Part shown: piece after piece, positions 1 to 11,348 of the stretch | Layout: each line of letters starts with the position of its first letter | Position numbering within the stretch: position 1 is the stretch's first letter | NCBI GenBank assembly: GCA_963825865.1 | Contig: CAWGVG010000060.1 | Coordinates: 32,001-96,000, forward strand | DNA length: 64,000 nucleotides | Reading direction: 5' to 3' | From: an uncultured Nitrososphaeraceae archaeon | GTDB lineage: Archaea > Thermoproteota > Nitrososphaeria > Nitrososphaerales > Nitrososphaeraceae | Program-made: the position numbers and the translations under genes | The notes under the pieces: generated by a model | Databases searched by the model: none | Seen by the model: the letters and a program-made list of their open reading frames with translations, nothing else | Told to the model about the DNA's origin: nothing

Positions 1-542
1 TGAAAAGGATCTGATTCTCTCAAAGTTTAAAAAAGCACTAAAATTTGACATGGTCGTTGTATCTGGTGGTGCATCGGTCGGAGAAAAGGACTACGTCCCT
101 GACCTTATAAAAAATCTGGGAAAACCCGGTCTTGTTATTCATGGAATAGCCATGAAGCCCGGCTCTCCGACGGGCCTTGGAATAGTTAATCATAAACCAA
201 TAATTCTCAGCCCTGGGTATCCTGTGTCTTCATTTATTGCATTTTATGTCTTTGGACAACCCTTGCTCTTAAAGATGCTGGGAGCCACTGCTGGAGGGCC
301 ATTCACGCCAAAATTAATCGCTAAAATGGCAGCTTGCTATTAATGTGCATGTGAACTTTCGTACGTTTGTTAGGGTAAATGTGGTAAGACATAATGGATT
401 GTACTTGGCTGAGCCTATTACTGCATCAGGTCCAAGCCTGCTTTCAACATTAACAAAATCGAATGGTATTGTTATAACAGATAACAGGAGCAAATTGGCG
501 AAAGGTACAAAAGTGGAGGTGATACTACTGAGGAGTATCTAA
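1..542 (+). CDS. moeA: Molybdopterin molybdenumtransferase MoeA, C-terminal part (5' truncated by window; +1 indel near 334)
   Basis: SGGASVGEKDYVP, HGIAMKPGSP and PGYPVS motifs in ORF 50..343. C-terminal FVRV...SLLSTL..SNG domain in ORF 345..542. Removing one base at ~334 joins them. Confidence 0.85.
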
Positions 543-707
543 GCCATAATTGTTATATTATTAAAATTAACATATGCTGAAGATGTCATATTGCATGTTG
601 TTGTGCGTCAAACTTATGACACCACGACCTTCGTTGAATAATAATATTTACTTTTCTTGTAAAGATTAAAAGATTATTATTTATACGAATCGTATTGTGC
701 AACCCAC

Positions 708-1347
708 TTACTCTATCTGTCGTCGGAAATGATCTCTCCATCCTTCCGGCAATGCCTTGATTCTTACAGCACGCTCGCATTGTTTCAATATCTTTCTCAT
801 CATCTACATATAACCGTACGATATCTTTAACTGTAACTTTGTTTTTCTCTCTGCTGATAAGTTGTATTTCATCTTCAGCTCCAATCTCTCCTTCTTGTAA
901 TACCTTAAAGTAAATTCCAGGACGACCACTGGCCAGAAACCGCTTAATAATATCCATTCGTCCAAATTTTACTCCTAGTTTGAAACATGGCATTCGTGGT
1001 TGTGTAGCTATTACTTTGACTGAATTACCAATTTGAAACTGATCACCAATGTTAACCATATCTTCCATTAAGCCTTCAGTAGTAAGGTTTTCACCAAAGG
1101 TTCCATAAGATAGTGTTGTACTAGGAAATTGAGGTCGCCAATATTGGTAGTTTTCAGAAGGATAAGCGTATATAGCCTTATCTGGTCCTCCATGTACAGT
1201 CAAATCAGCCTGTTTATCACCATCCAGATTAAGTTTTAGTAGCCTAACTCGACCTTGTACTGGTTCCTTAAAAATTCCTGTAGTAACGACTTCGCCCCTG
1301 AAAAGCACTTCGCGCGGAAGTCCTACATTGACAGAAAGGATTTTCAT
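708..1347 (-). CDS. MOSC domain protein (YiiM-like) with 3-alpha tail; indel near 775
   Basis: MKILSVNVG start, TGIFK, LDGDKQADLTVHGGPDKA, FGENLT and QPRMPCFKL. Deleting one base at ~775 restores MQRAVRIKALPEGWRDHF and a stop at 708. Confidence 0.88.
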
Positions 1348-1521
1348 TATACTACTTCCATTATATATACATCTTTGTTGCTTATAAGAAATAGTAAAAA
1401 TTTGGTATGAATTCGACACTCTACACTCAAGGCGGGTTTTGAATGTAAATAGATATAATCGCAGAAGAATTTACCGTGTATTACTTTAAGTATAGCCGTT
1501 CTTTGAATTGTGTGTGTGCAT

Positions 1522-1716
1522 ATGTTAACAGTACTATGTCGTGAGACAGGATTGGATTGTGATTATGTTATCAAGGGCAAGACAGAAGAAGAGATTTTGA
1601 AAAATGGTGCTGAGCATGCAATGAAAGTTCACGGTATGAAAGTGGATGACATATACCTTGATAGAATTCCTACTAATCTCCTATGCCAAATTATTGGTAA
1701 ACTAGCAGATAAATAG
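1522..1716 (+). CDS. Small metal-binding protein (DUF1059-like)
   Basis: C-x5-DCDYVIKG-x-TEEE...HA-x3-HG pattern. Confidence 0.75.
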   Translation: MLTVLCRETGLDCDYVIKGKTEEEILKNGAEHAMKVHGMKVDDIYLDRIPTNLLCQIIGKLADK

Positions 1717-1821
1717 ATTGAATACATAGATTAGAAAGTAAAGAGTAGAATTTTTACTTTAACTATTGTCGATAATGGCTTTAAATAACTCTTACGACAT
1801 AGTATTAGGTAGATATATACA

Positions 1822-2160
1822 ATGAGTAATAACAATAGCGGTAACAAACAGTTCCTCATTAACCAACTGATATGGATTGGAATATCTATAGGCATCAGTC
1901 TTACAATTTCTATGTTAGTACCATTTCCGATCTCACTAGTTGCGATAATTGGAGTTTTCATTTTGCTTAACTTCTATATGAGAAAGAGAATGATGAGAAG
2001 GATGGGCATGAAAGGAGGCCTAGGGATGTTTGGTTCTTTATCCTCATCTTCAATGTTTGGAGACAGTTCATTAAAATATTACTGCATGAGCTGTGGAACA
2101 AGTCATAAGGATGTTGCATGTCCAAAGTGCGGTTCTAAGATGAAAAGGGTCGGTTCCTAG
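1822..2160 (+). CDS. Two-TM membrane protein with C-terminal zinc ribbon
   Basis: Two hydrophobic helices followed by CMSC...CPKCGS. Confidence 0.7.
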   Translation: MSNNNSGNKQFLINQLIWIGISIGISLTISMLVPFPISLVAIIGVFILLNFYMRKRMMRRMGMKGGLGMFGSLSSSSMFGDSSLKYYCMSCGTSHKDVACPKCGSKMKRVGS

Positions 2161-2466
2161 GTAATATACTGCGATATTTTTTAATGACAAGATTGTATTG
2201 CTGATGACATCGAGCCTCCATTTTTGAACTTTTGTAATCCTTTAATACGAGTTTAAGACAGTCTCTTATTTGTGGTCGTTTCTGTTGTTTCACAAGCAGT
2301 ATTGGGCGTAGGCATAGCATTAGCATTAGTCCGCTATAGTGACAATATATGTTACTTCATTATCTGCCCAAAATACACAACAACAGCCTATTCCGTCATC
2401 TAATCAACAAGGAGGTGGGGGGTAAATTCGAATACTGGTAGCAATAAGAACATAACAGATTCTACT

Positions 2467-2748
2467 TTGACAAGTCAAATAACGATTCCTCAAGGTGCAG
2501 CTGCACAACAAGTTAATGTCTATTATAATCCTAGTCCTGCAACAGTCTCAGCCGGATCTAAAGTCACATGGACTATTAGAGATAATGCACCACATACGGC
2601 AACAGATCTTAATGGCTCGTTTGATACAGGTATCATAAATGTTGCTTCTAGTGGATCATCCGTAATAAAGAGCCCTGGCAAACTTTCATATCATTGGACC
2701 ATACACCCATGGATTACTGGAATGCTTCAAGTTGTTCCCCAAAGTTAG
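2467..2748 (+). pseudogene. Plastocyanin/amicyanin-like cupredoxin with degenerate copper site and disrupted N-terminus
   Basis: YNPSPATVSAGSKVTW, PHTAT and FDTG motifs. The ligand loop reads YHWTIHPWITG rather than YHCxxHPWMxG. Confidence 0.65.
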
Positions 2749-2905
2749 ATCTTAGAAAATGAAAGTGATCTAATATCAAAAAACCCTTCTGTAATTACAA
2801 GTATATCGATTTTTTTGCATTACCTTTTTACAAGGTCAAACTCCTTCAAAAGACTTCGGCTGACTGTTCTTATTTAGTAGCAGTAATCTTCATATTTTGA
2901 AGCAC

Positions 2906-3187
2906 TCATCTTTTGTTAAATTTTAGTTCCACTCCACGTATATCGTTATAATTGAAAATAAACGACTCATTAGACATTATGACTAAACTAGATAATTGAT
3001 CAGTAGAGTTGCATTCAGGACATTTATTATCCATAGGTATCCTAGTCTTATCAAGATATGTTGCACACCAGTAGCATTTTTCACATAGAACAAATATAGA
3101 TGGAATAGAGCGATTAAGTGTTTTAGCAATAAAACTTTCATATTCATATTTTTCGTAATTAGTTATAGATTTTCCTTTATCAGACAC
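2906..3187 (-). CDS. Small zinc-finger protein
   Basis: CEKCYWC...CPEC. Confidence 0.65.
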   Translation of the reverse strand: MSDKGKSITNYEKYEYESFIAKTLNRSIPSIFVLCEKCYWCATYLDKTRIPMDNKCPECNSTDQLSSLVIMSNESFIFNYNDIRGVELKFNKR

Positions 3188-3530
3188 TTTATGGAAAGGC
3201 TAAGCAAGGTTATATAAATCAACCCGAGGAGGCCTGAGCTAGGTTAACGACCACAAGTCGCTTGTAGCCAGCGTGCTTTAAAGGGACTTATTCGAGAGTA
3301 CTTTCAGATACAGTATCAAGATCATATCAGATCAGGATATGAAAAGTTGATAAACATCATATTTTCATAAAGGCCTTTTGTATAAAAGTGCAACTTTTAC
3401 GCTTGATTATCTCGAGCAAAATGATCTACAGTTATACAAAAAGCTGGACGCCGTTGTTTCCTGCTTGGATCAGGATAAATTCTTATAGTTTTTTTCTCTG
3501 GAATAATGTATTTTATAGTTATAAACCATC

Positions 3531-5178
3531 ATGCACACTTATTACTATATGATTAAAAGGATTACTCAAATTAAATTTTTCTCAGTCACAGTAATACTGC
3601 TTGCTTTTGCAATGATGCTTTTTTCTACGATTTCTGCAAATATCATCGTCAACGCTCAACAAGAATTACCAAATATAATGATACCACCAATGAAAGCTCC
3701 AGTAAACACTACAATATCCAAGTCATTACCGTCCTCATCCATTTCTTCGCCCAAATTACATTCTGTAAAAATAACGTCGCCTTCTACAGGTCAACGAGTA
3801 CCTATAGGAAAAGACCTTGCAATAACTGGTACATCTGTGGGTTATGCTAATTCTACTAATTGTCAGGTATCGGTAATTGTAAATAGTATAAAACCATATC
3901 AATCCACTGCAGCAGCTGGACCTGGTGGGGCAAATGATTACTCAAAATGGAGCTTTGTAATCAGTCCTTCTAAATATGCTACAATCAAACCAGGACCTAA
4001 TAATAAAATAACCTCCAAATACACTTGCACGGATAATCCAACTGCAACATCATATTATAGTGTAAACGTTACTGGAATAGGCAGCAGGAATAGTAGCGGC
4101 ACCCACCACCACAACTACGACAGCTGCAGATATTACTCCTACTATTATGGCAAAAAAACCTGCTCCCGTAACCAATAATGCCACTGTTGCTGGTTATGCC
4201 AACAGAAGCAAAATCAACTATTATAGTAATCCTGGATCCCATGTTGCCAGCATAACGCCACCATCGTCACCATTAGCGACATCAAATCAGGTAAAGCCTG
4301 TTTTTAATTCTAATAATATGCCAAATTTAAATTCCAGTACATTACACATAAAAATAACATCTCCTATTGAAGGTCAAGGAATTTCAGTTGGAAAAAACCT
4401 CACCATGACTGGCACATCTTCCGATAACACAGCTACCGATTGCAAAGTTTATGCTGGATTGAATCGTTTAAAACCATATCCACTTGCTATAGCAACCGGT
4501 CCCGGTGGAACAACGGACTATTCTAAATGGTATTTTAATTATAGCCCTGCATACCATACTGTTCCAGCCGGAAATAATAAGCTAACCGCCAAACTGGCTT
4601 GTAATGGTGATTCAAGCTTGGTAAAATACGATACTATGAATGTTACAGGTACAGGTGTTACATCAGCAGCGACAATAACAAAACCAACCGGAATACCTGT
4701 CTCATCTCCCAATACACCTGACACTACAACCAAGGTAAACCAGGTGCCCTCGATAACAGACAATAGCGACTCAACCAGTAGTCATGATCTGAACAAGATC
4801 GGTGGTAGCGACTCAACCAGTAGTCATGATCTGAACAAGATCGGTGGTAGCGACTCAACCAGTAGTCATGATCTGAACAAGATCGGTGGTAGCAGTAGTA
4901 CTACAAGTAATACTGATTCAACTACTAACGATAACACTGACAAATCAGTTCAAAGCCACACAAAGATCAAAATACGCCATGATATTCCTTTCAAGGATAG
5001 CAAAAAGACAAATGGACTTGCAGATAATATAATAAAGGATGTTAAAAGGCACCTCAAAAAAGGAACCGCTTTAGCTGATTCTGGAGGTGCCACAGCTAGT
5101 GCTGGAAATGCATACGCACATGCTGGTTCTGATGGCATCTCTGTTAACGCTGGTGGCATAACGTTGAGATTGCCTTAG
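3531..5178 (+). CDS. Secreted S/T-rich protein with two Ig-like repeats (one gene split by a +1 indel at ~4080)
   Basis: N-terminal hydrophobic signal. Two homologous domains KITSP..GQ....G..L...GTS...C.V......KPY....A.GPGG..DYSKW.F. Removing one G at 4080 gives the continuous linker AAGIVAAPTTTTTTAADITPTIMAKKP. Confidence 0.7.
4764..4893 (+). repeat. Perfect 42-bp coding tandem repeat x3
   Basis: TAGCGACTCAACCAGTAGTCATGATCTGAACAAGATCGGTGG occurs three times, encoding SDSTSSHDLNKIGG. Confidence 0.95.
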
Positions 5179-5379
5179 TGTTGAGGCTGCGGCACCTGAC
5201 GGTAGATATATTTTTACTACCTACTGTGATGAAATATACATCTGTGGAAGATTTATACTTAAAAGACAAAATGGCCTTGTGATGAGAAATGATATAACCG
5301 ATGTATTACAGCTGGACGAACCACTAATAATTACTAGCATATAGAATATGTGAAAAAACTAAAATATATATAAACAAAT

Positions 5380-6676
5380 TCAGGCTTTCTTTAATAAATA
5401 ACCTCTTTGTTTAACCTTCATGATACCAACATATAGCAGTGCAGATACAATAAAACTTGGGATGGTTGCCCCAATGGCAGGCCAGCTGGGAATATAAATC
5501 GGAGACAATGAAGACAAAAGATAATACAGCAATACACCGACAGACCATGATGTTATAGCTGGAAATCCGATTTTCATCACATCTCTACCATACATCATCG
5601 ATTGTGTGTATTTGCGGTGTTTGATAATATAGTAGTCTGATAGAACAATGCCAAACAATGGTACAAAAACTGCTCCAATTAAAAGAATAAATGTTTCATA
5701 ATTTGCTATTGAAATACTCATGGCAAGAACAGGTACTCAGACCAGTAAATCCAACTATCAAGTAAGGCTGTTTGACTTTTCTAATGATACTCTGTGTAGA
5801 AACTGCAGCCGAGTAAACATCAGCGAAGGCGTTATCTGCTTCATCTACAAGAAGTATCAACAAAAGGAATCCAAAGAATATTGATTGAATGGCAGTAATT
5901 ATTCCTACAACATCGGACACGCCAAGCATAAGTCCTCCGAAATAAAACAAGATATTTGTAAGTGTAAAACCTATAAATGTGCCTCTAAATGCACTCTTAC
6001 TACTTTTTGCGAACCTGTTATAGTCTGCAGCAAGTGGCATCCAAGATATTGGCATAGCTATTACAATATCTAGTGCTGAGAAGAATGACAGTCCACTACC
6101 TGGTGATAATAATATTTTTGAAAAGATCCCTGTCGTTAACAAATGAATAATTATAATTAGTGATGACGCATAGGATATCCATATAGCAAATTTTCCTAAC
6201 CACTTTCTTATTACTTCAAGTGGGCCAGCGATACCAAGTACGGTAACAAAAACCCCGATAATAATTGTCCAAATATAATACGGGATTAGTTGATTCGCTA
6301 ACATTTCTGCAGCTTTTGACATTATCATGATTTCAAATGTGGTCCATCCAATTAGTTGCATTACATTTAATATGGCTGGAAGATATGCTCCATGAATACC
6401 AAACGAGGGTCTAGTGCTTATTATGGAAGGAACCGCATTATCACTTCCAATCTTTCCCGCAAGAGCCAGAAGTAAAGAACCCCCAACAGAACCAAGTATT
6501 ATTGCAAGAACAGCATCATCAAACCGAGCTCCAGTGAGAAAAGATCCTGCCGAGAAAACTAGAAGCCCTACTCCAAGACTTGACCAAAGAATAAAGTAAT
6601 CGATTCCTCGTAGGAATCTATGTTTTGACGGAACGGGTTCAATGCCCCATTCCGGTGGATTTCTTATCGAAACCAT
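5380..6676 (-). CDS. NCS1 purine/cytosine permease-family transporter (CytX-like); indel near 5733
   Basis: Multi-TM protein with FGxxG, MPISWMPLAADYNRF and GAVFVPLFGIVLSDYY. Split across ORFs 5696..6676 and 5380..5721. Confidence 0.85.
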
Positions 6677-7442
6677 TTATTTTATGACTAATACTGATAA
6701 TCGGTCTATATATCTCATACAATTTATTTTGTAAGTTCTAAGAAGCATCAATTGTCTTTCTTTTGTAATGTGCGTTAGTGAGCTTAATGAGTTATAAAAT
6801 GCATAAAATGATTAAGATTAATCAAAGACATATACAACTGAATGGCTGTAAGTAATGAAATACTTTTTACGGATGAAATAATAGGCGCCCACATTTGGTA
6901 AGCTTTGTTACTACTCTACTTTAATCTTTCTTCCTTTGTTATTGTTTGATTTGCTTTATTGCTTATTAAACACTGACTTGATGATATTTCTTTTTTAGAT
7001 CATCAGTAGATACTATTATCAGTAGATACCTGCTGATACATGCCATCTTTAATACCACATTTACTTCTCTATAGGATACATTAACATCTGCCAAAGCTTC
7101 TCTTTCGGACGTTATTTGAGGTCCGCCATAACTGAAGTTTCCTTTTCTTTCTCTAAACTATAAACTATTACCAAATTCCCTTGCTCTTGGTTCAGCGTCA
7201 GGCTCAATTGTCATCGGATAATTATGACAACGGCTCCAAAATCATACTTCACCACCTTAGAGATTTTCATATTCTCTTACCACTCATTTGGGGCTTTTTC
7301 TATATCCCCATGCATTTTCAAATTCCTAAATATCTACTAGATTTTATATTGTTATTTATTATTTTTTCTGAAATTCATTCTTTATAAGCAGAGAAGTGTC
7401 TTTTGCTCTCCTGATCTTCCTAATCAATTAATTATACTGTCA

Positions 7443-7862
7443 TTACTGCTTCATATGAAAAACCTTCTCAGGCCTTATCTTTAATATGACTCTCTTTTCT
7501 CCTGGCGACCTACCCGGATATTTATCTTTTCCAATGTACTTTTTTGCTAACTTGTCTATGTGTTCTTCAGCGGCATCTCCAGTTATTTGCTCTATTGTTC
7601 TTCCTCTTATAGTAACCATATCGTATGGATTATTTTGGTCAGCTATCGCCAATGCTACCCGAGGATCTCGTGAAATATTCTTATGTTTTATTCTACCTAT
7701 TGCAGTATTAACAAGAATATTCCCATTTTCAATATCTACCCATGTTGGTGTAACCTGAGGATAGCCGTCTTTCATTATTGAAGATATAAAAACAAAGTTC
7801 TTTCCTTCAAAGATTTTGCGAATAGAAGGATCGGTTAACTTATTATTACTTCCTTGACTCAT
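7443..7862 (-). CDS. PPOX-class F420-dependent oxidoreductase
   Basis: DGYPQVTPTW, KHKNISRDPRVAL and HIDKLAKKY motifs. Confidence 0.88.
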   Translation of the reverse strand: MSQGSNNKLTDPSIRKIFEGKNFVFISSIMKDGYPQVTPTWVDIENGNILVNTAIGRIKHKNISRDPRVALAIADQNNPYDMVTIRGRTIEQITGDAAEEHIDKLAKKYIGKDKYPGRSPGEKRVILKIRPEKVFHMKQ

Positions 7863-7972
7863 GGTTTAATATACACACTATTTCTATTAATAATTGTTCT
7901 AAAATAAATACTAATTATCTGAGGCTTGGACATAATTCCAGATTCGTATTTTTGGCAATGTCTATTGATGAA

Positions 7973-8062
7973 TTAGGCTTCTTCAGCTATCTCTCGTGTG
8001 TTTTTACCTTGGTTATATAGATTTAGAACAAGTCTTTCCCTTTGCTGTCTTGATAATACCAT
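7973..8062 (-). pseudogene. Truncated helix-turn-helix protein
   Basis: Translated by hand as MVLSRQQRERLVLNLYNQGKNTREIAEEA*, an HTH start that stops before the recognition helix. Confidence 0.55.
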
Positions 8063-8105
8063 CTAACTTATTTAATAAATACACAATAAAAAAGAATTAC
8101 AACAG

Positions 8106-8185
8106 CTGATACCACCTGTTACCAATTTTGTTACCCCTGCTACCTCCTTGTTTCCACCTGTTTTCATCTGCTGTCACCTGTTACC
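8106..8185. repeat. Helically phased array of eight YTGYTACC-like 8-mers
   Basis: Copies start at 8106, 8116, 8128, 8137, 8148, 8158, 8168 and 8178. Confidence 0.65.
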
Positions 8186-8734
8186 AACTTATTTCAAACT
8201 GAACTCAATAGAGCAAGTAATACACTGATGGCATTAACACTCATTACAAGGTCTAACTTCTTTAACATCAAAGTTAACCCCAACTTTCGCAACTCTTCCT
8301 GAGTCTAGCTATACCAAAAAGCCGGGGTCCTCAAAGGCTCCCCCTTACTCCACATTTCTAGATACTACCTTTCGAATTCTACCGCGTACTCATATCACAT
8401 CTCTGCAAGCTTTCTGATGCAAATCATTTGGGTTGCAGTAGATGAAGTAAAAGGGCATACCTTATTACAATAATAGAAACCTATAGTAGGTTCATTTAGA
8501 AATCCCGTATCAACATCGTGTTCGGACTGATAAATATTGTTCAAACCGGTTATAGAGTTTAATGCAGCTTTCATCTATGATTAGAAGATGCTGCTGCTCT
8601 TTCAATGTTACTTCCTTCCAATTGTGTTACTTTGCATATTATAAAATTCAGACAAAACGGCTTATTATACAAAATTCAGGTATTATGCATATTTATAAAA
8701 CCAGGAGTACTTTCGTGAATGTACGCATTCGTAG

Positions 8735-9766
8735 ATGAACCGATCTTTCAATATAAATAAACACAATATATCCTTCTTTGAATGTATTAAAAGCTGGCTT
8801 CATTTTTTAAAACGATATCCCCTTTATCCGCTTGCATTAACAAGTTTCTATAGATCTTATGATAATTATATCTCAATTACTGTTTGTTTTTGGAAAAGAA
8901 GATACCCTATTAAAGCTACATTAAGAAATGGTAAAACTGTTACAATCAAAAACGAACGAACATTGAAATTTCTTTGGCATACAATACCTGAAGATGGCAT
9001 ATTGCATGGTTTGGGATATGATATTAGACTTGATACTGAAAAAGAAATTTCGACAATCAGGTCATGTTCAAAGAATAGCGAAATAAGTCTACATGATAGC
9101 ATAAATAATGGAGATGTTTTTGAAATCTTTTTGAAAAGTCAATATGGAATACTGCCAGTCAACGATGCGATAGTCATAGATGTAGGTGCAAATATAGGTG
9201 ATTCGTCTATCTACTTTGCACTACAAGGAGCTAAAAGGATAATCGCCGTAGAGCCATTTCCGCGTAATTATGTGATTGCGAAAGAAAATGTGAAATTGAA
9301 TAATCTTTCCAAAAAAATTAATGTAGTCTTGGCAGGTTGTGGTAGCGAAACTTGCTTTGCAGATGTTTCATGTAGAGAAAATTCCATCTTGAATAAACTA
9401 ACTGACGGAACCCAAGTCAAAGTAGGATCTGCATTAGCAAAGAATTTAAAATCAGAAAATTTTTTTAAAGTCAAGCTTTTCAGTCTAACAGATCTCTTAA
9501 ATGAAAATGACATATATACAAAGGCAATATTAAAGATGGATTGTGAAGGCTGTGAGTATGAGGTAATCCTATCTTCGCCTGTTGATAGCTTAAAACGATT
9601 TAGCCATATTTTAATAGAGTATCATCATGGGTATGAGGATCTAAGACACAAACTCGTATCTTGTGGTTTTACAGTTTCAATTAGCAAGCCTCGGTATATT
9701 AGAACGCATGATATAGGAAAACCCATGTATGCAGGAGTCATTTTTGCAGTGAATAATCAGCATTAG
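8735..9766 (+). CDS. FkbM-family SAM methyltransferase
   Basis: VIDVGANIGD, IIAVEP and LKMDCEGCEY. Confidence 0.88.
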   Translation: MNRSFNINKHNISFFECIKSWLHFLKRYPLYPLALTSFYRSYDNYISITVCFWKRRYPIKATLRNGKTVTIKNERTLKFLWHTIPEDGILHGLGYDIRLDTEKEISTIRSCSKNSEISLHDSINNGDVFEIFLKSQYGILPVNDAIVIDVGANIGDSSIYFALQGAKRIIAVEPFPRNYVIAKENVKLNNLSKKINVVLAGCGSETCFADVSCRENSILNKLTDGTQVKVGSALAKNLKSENFFKVKLFSLTDLLNENDIYTKAILKMDCEGCEYEVILSSPVDSLKRFSHILIEYHHGYEDLRHKLVSCGFTVSISKPRYIRTHDIGKPMYAGVIFAVNNQH

Positions 9767-9931
9767 GTAGGCACAGTGGCGGCTAACAAATGGGTCTTTT
9801 TCTTGCGACCAACCTCTTGCACATTTCATTTATATAAATCCAAACCTTGTGACAAAATCAACAATTGTTAATTTAACAGGTCGAATTGTGTTGTAAGAAA
9901 CCTTAAAAGGTGTTCAAAAATACTTTCAAAT

Positions 9932-11300
9932 ATGAAAAGCTATGCCAAACACTCTCTCTATGGTATTGGCGTTGCAATAACACTAGTCTTTAGTATACTA
10001 GTGGTAACCAATTCTGTTTATTTTGCTTCTGCTCCATCAGCACCATTATCTCAGAAAAAACAAGTTACACTTACAGCTGTACTTGAAGACCAAGGTGACC
10101 CGGGAAGATGGAAATTTTTGTTTCAACCTGCCATGCAGGAGTTGAGAGCACGACATCCATCTATGGATATTAAGTTAAACTACACAACGTATCCGTATAC
10201 TCTGGCTAGGACGCATATGTTAACGGCACTGGCTAACCAGACTCCTATTGATCTCATTTCTGTAGATCAGATCTGGCTTGGAGAGTTTGCTCAGAAAGGA
10301 TTGCTAACAGATCTTACAGACCATGCCAAGAGTTGGGGAAGAGAAAAGGATTGGTATCGAGCAAACTGGGATGGTGGAGTATATAATGGTAAAGTATACG
10401 GTATCTGGGCATGGACTGACGTAAGGGGAATGTGGTATTGGAAAGACCTACTGAATAAAGCAGGAGTTGATCCTAATTCATTAAAGACATGGGATGGATA
10501 TATTGCATCTGCAAAGAAGCTTAATGCAGTTTTAAGACCACAAGGAATAGAAGGAGTGCACCTTACCGGCGCTAATCATTCTCCGGACATGTGGTATCCT
10601 TATATCTGGATGCTTGGAGGGAATATAATGAAGCAGAAGGATGGCCACCCAACAAAGGGAACTTACTGGTTTCCAGCGTATAATAGCACTAAAGGAGTTA
10701 GAGCGCTCGAATTTATCAAAGAACAGGTAAGTGCAGGAATAAAGCCGCAGAAAAATCATTTTTGGGGTATAGAATTTCTTGATAGAAAGTTTGCGGTAAT
10801 GTTAGAAGCATTGCAGCATCACATAAATGAAAAATTTCCAATAACATCACCTGAGAAGCGACTTGAATTCGAACAGAAAGTGGGCTTTATACCAATGTTT
10901 CCTGTACCAAATCCAAATTACCAGAGTACGTCTTTAATTGGAGGATGGGAATTAAGTATTCCTAAGATATCTATGAACAAGGACCTCACGTGGGAATTAC
11001 TTACGATAATGGTAGAGCCCAGGATCCTTGCCCCATATTTGGCTGCACATTCAAATCTTCCAACACAGATACCTATAGGAGAAGGTCCTTATGCAGCAAG
11101 TTTGAACCAAACTACCCCATACTATGATGAATTGATCTCTATGCTCAAAATTGCCAACGCCAGGCCTAGCATACCAGAGTACCCTCAAATAGCTGAACAT
11201 ATTCGCCAGGCACTTGATGAAGTTTACTATGGGGTAAAAGAGCCCAAGCAAGCATTGGAGGCTGCTGCCTGCAAAGTCTGCAAATGTGCTAGGTTGGTAG
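9932..11300 (+). CDS. Extracellular solute-binding protein (sugar ABC SBP family 1); indel near 11269
   Basis: N-terminal anchor, DQIWLGEFA, GKVYG and GGWEL. Removing one C restores the AAAKSANVLGW* ending. Confidence 0.85.
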
Positions 11301-11348
11301 TTGGAATGAAAATATAAGATGGGTCTTCAGTAATAATATTTACGCAGC

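Noticed and set aside
3200-3360. GC-richer intergenic stretch as possible ncRNA
   Set aside because: No convincing stem structure or box C/D, SRP or RNase P signature.
4764-4893. Possible CRISPR array
   Set aside because: The units are head-to-tail with no spacers, in frame within a CDS, and no cas genes are present.
6677-6900. TPP riboswitch upstream of the CytX-like transporter
   Set aside because: No CTGAGA/ACCTG...AATGC core was found, and the TATA lies close to the start, implying a near-leaderless transcript.
6900-7400. ORF 7181..7387 and purine-rich minus-strand debris with ATCAGTAGATAC x2
   Set aside because: No recognisable motif and multiple stops, so no call can be supported.
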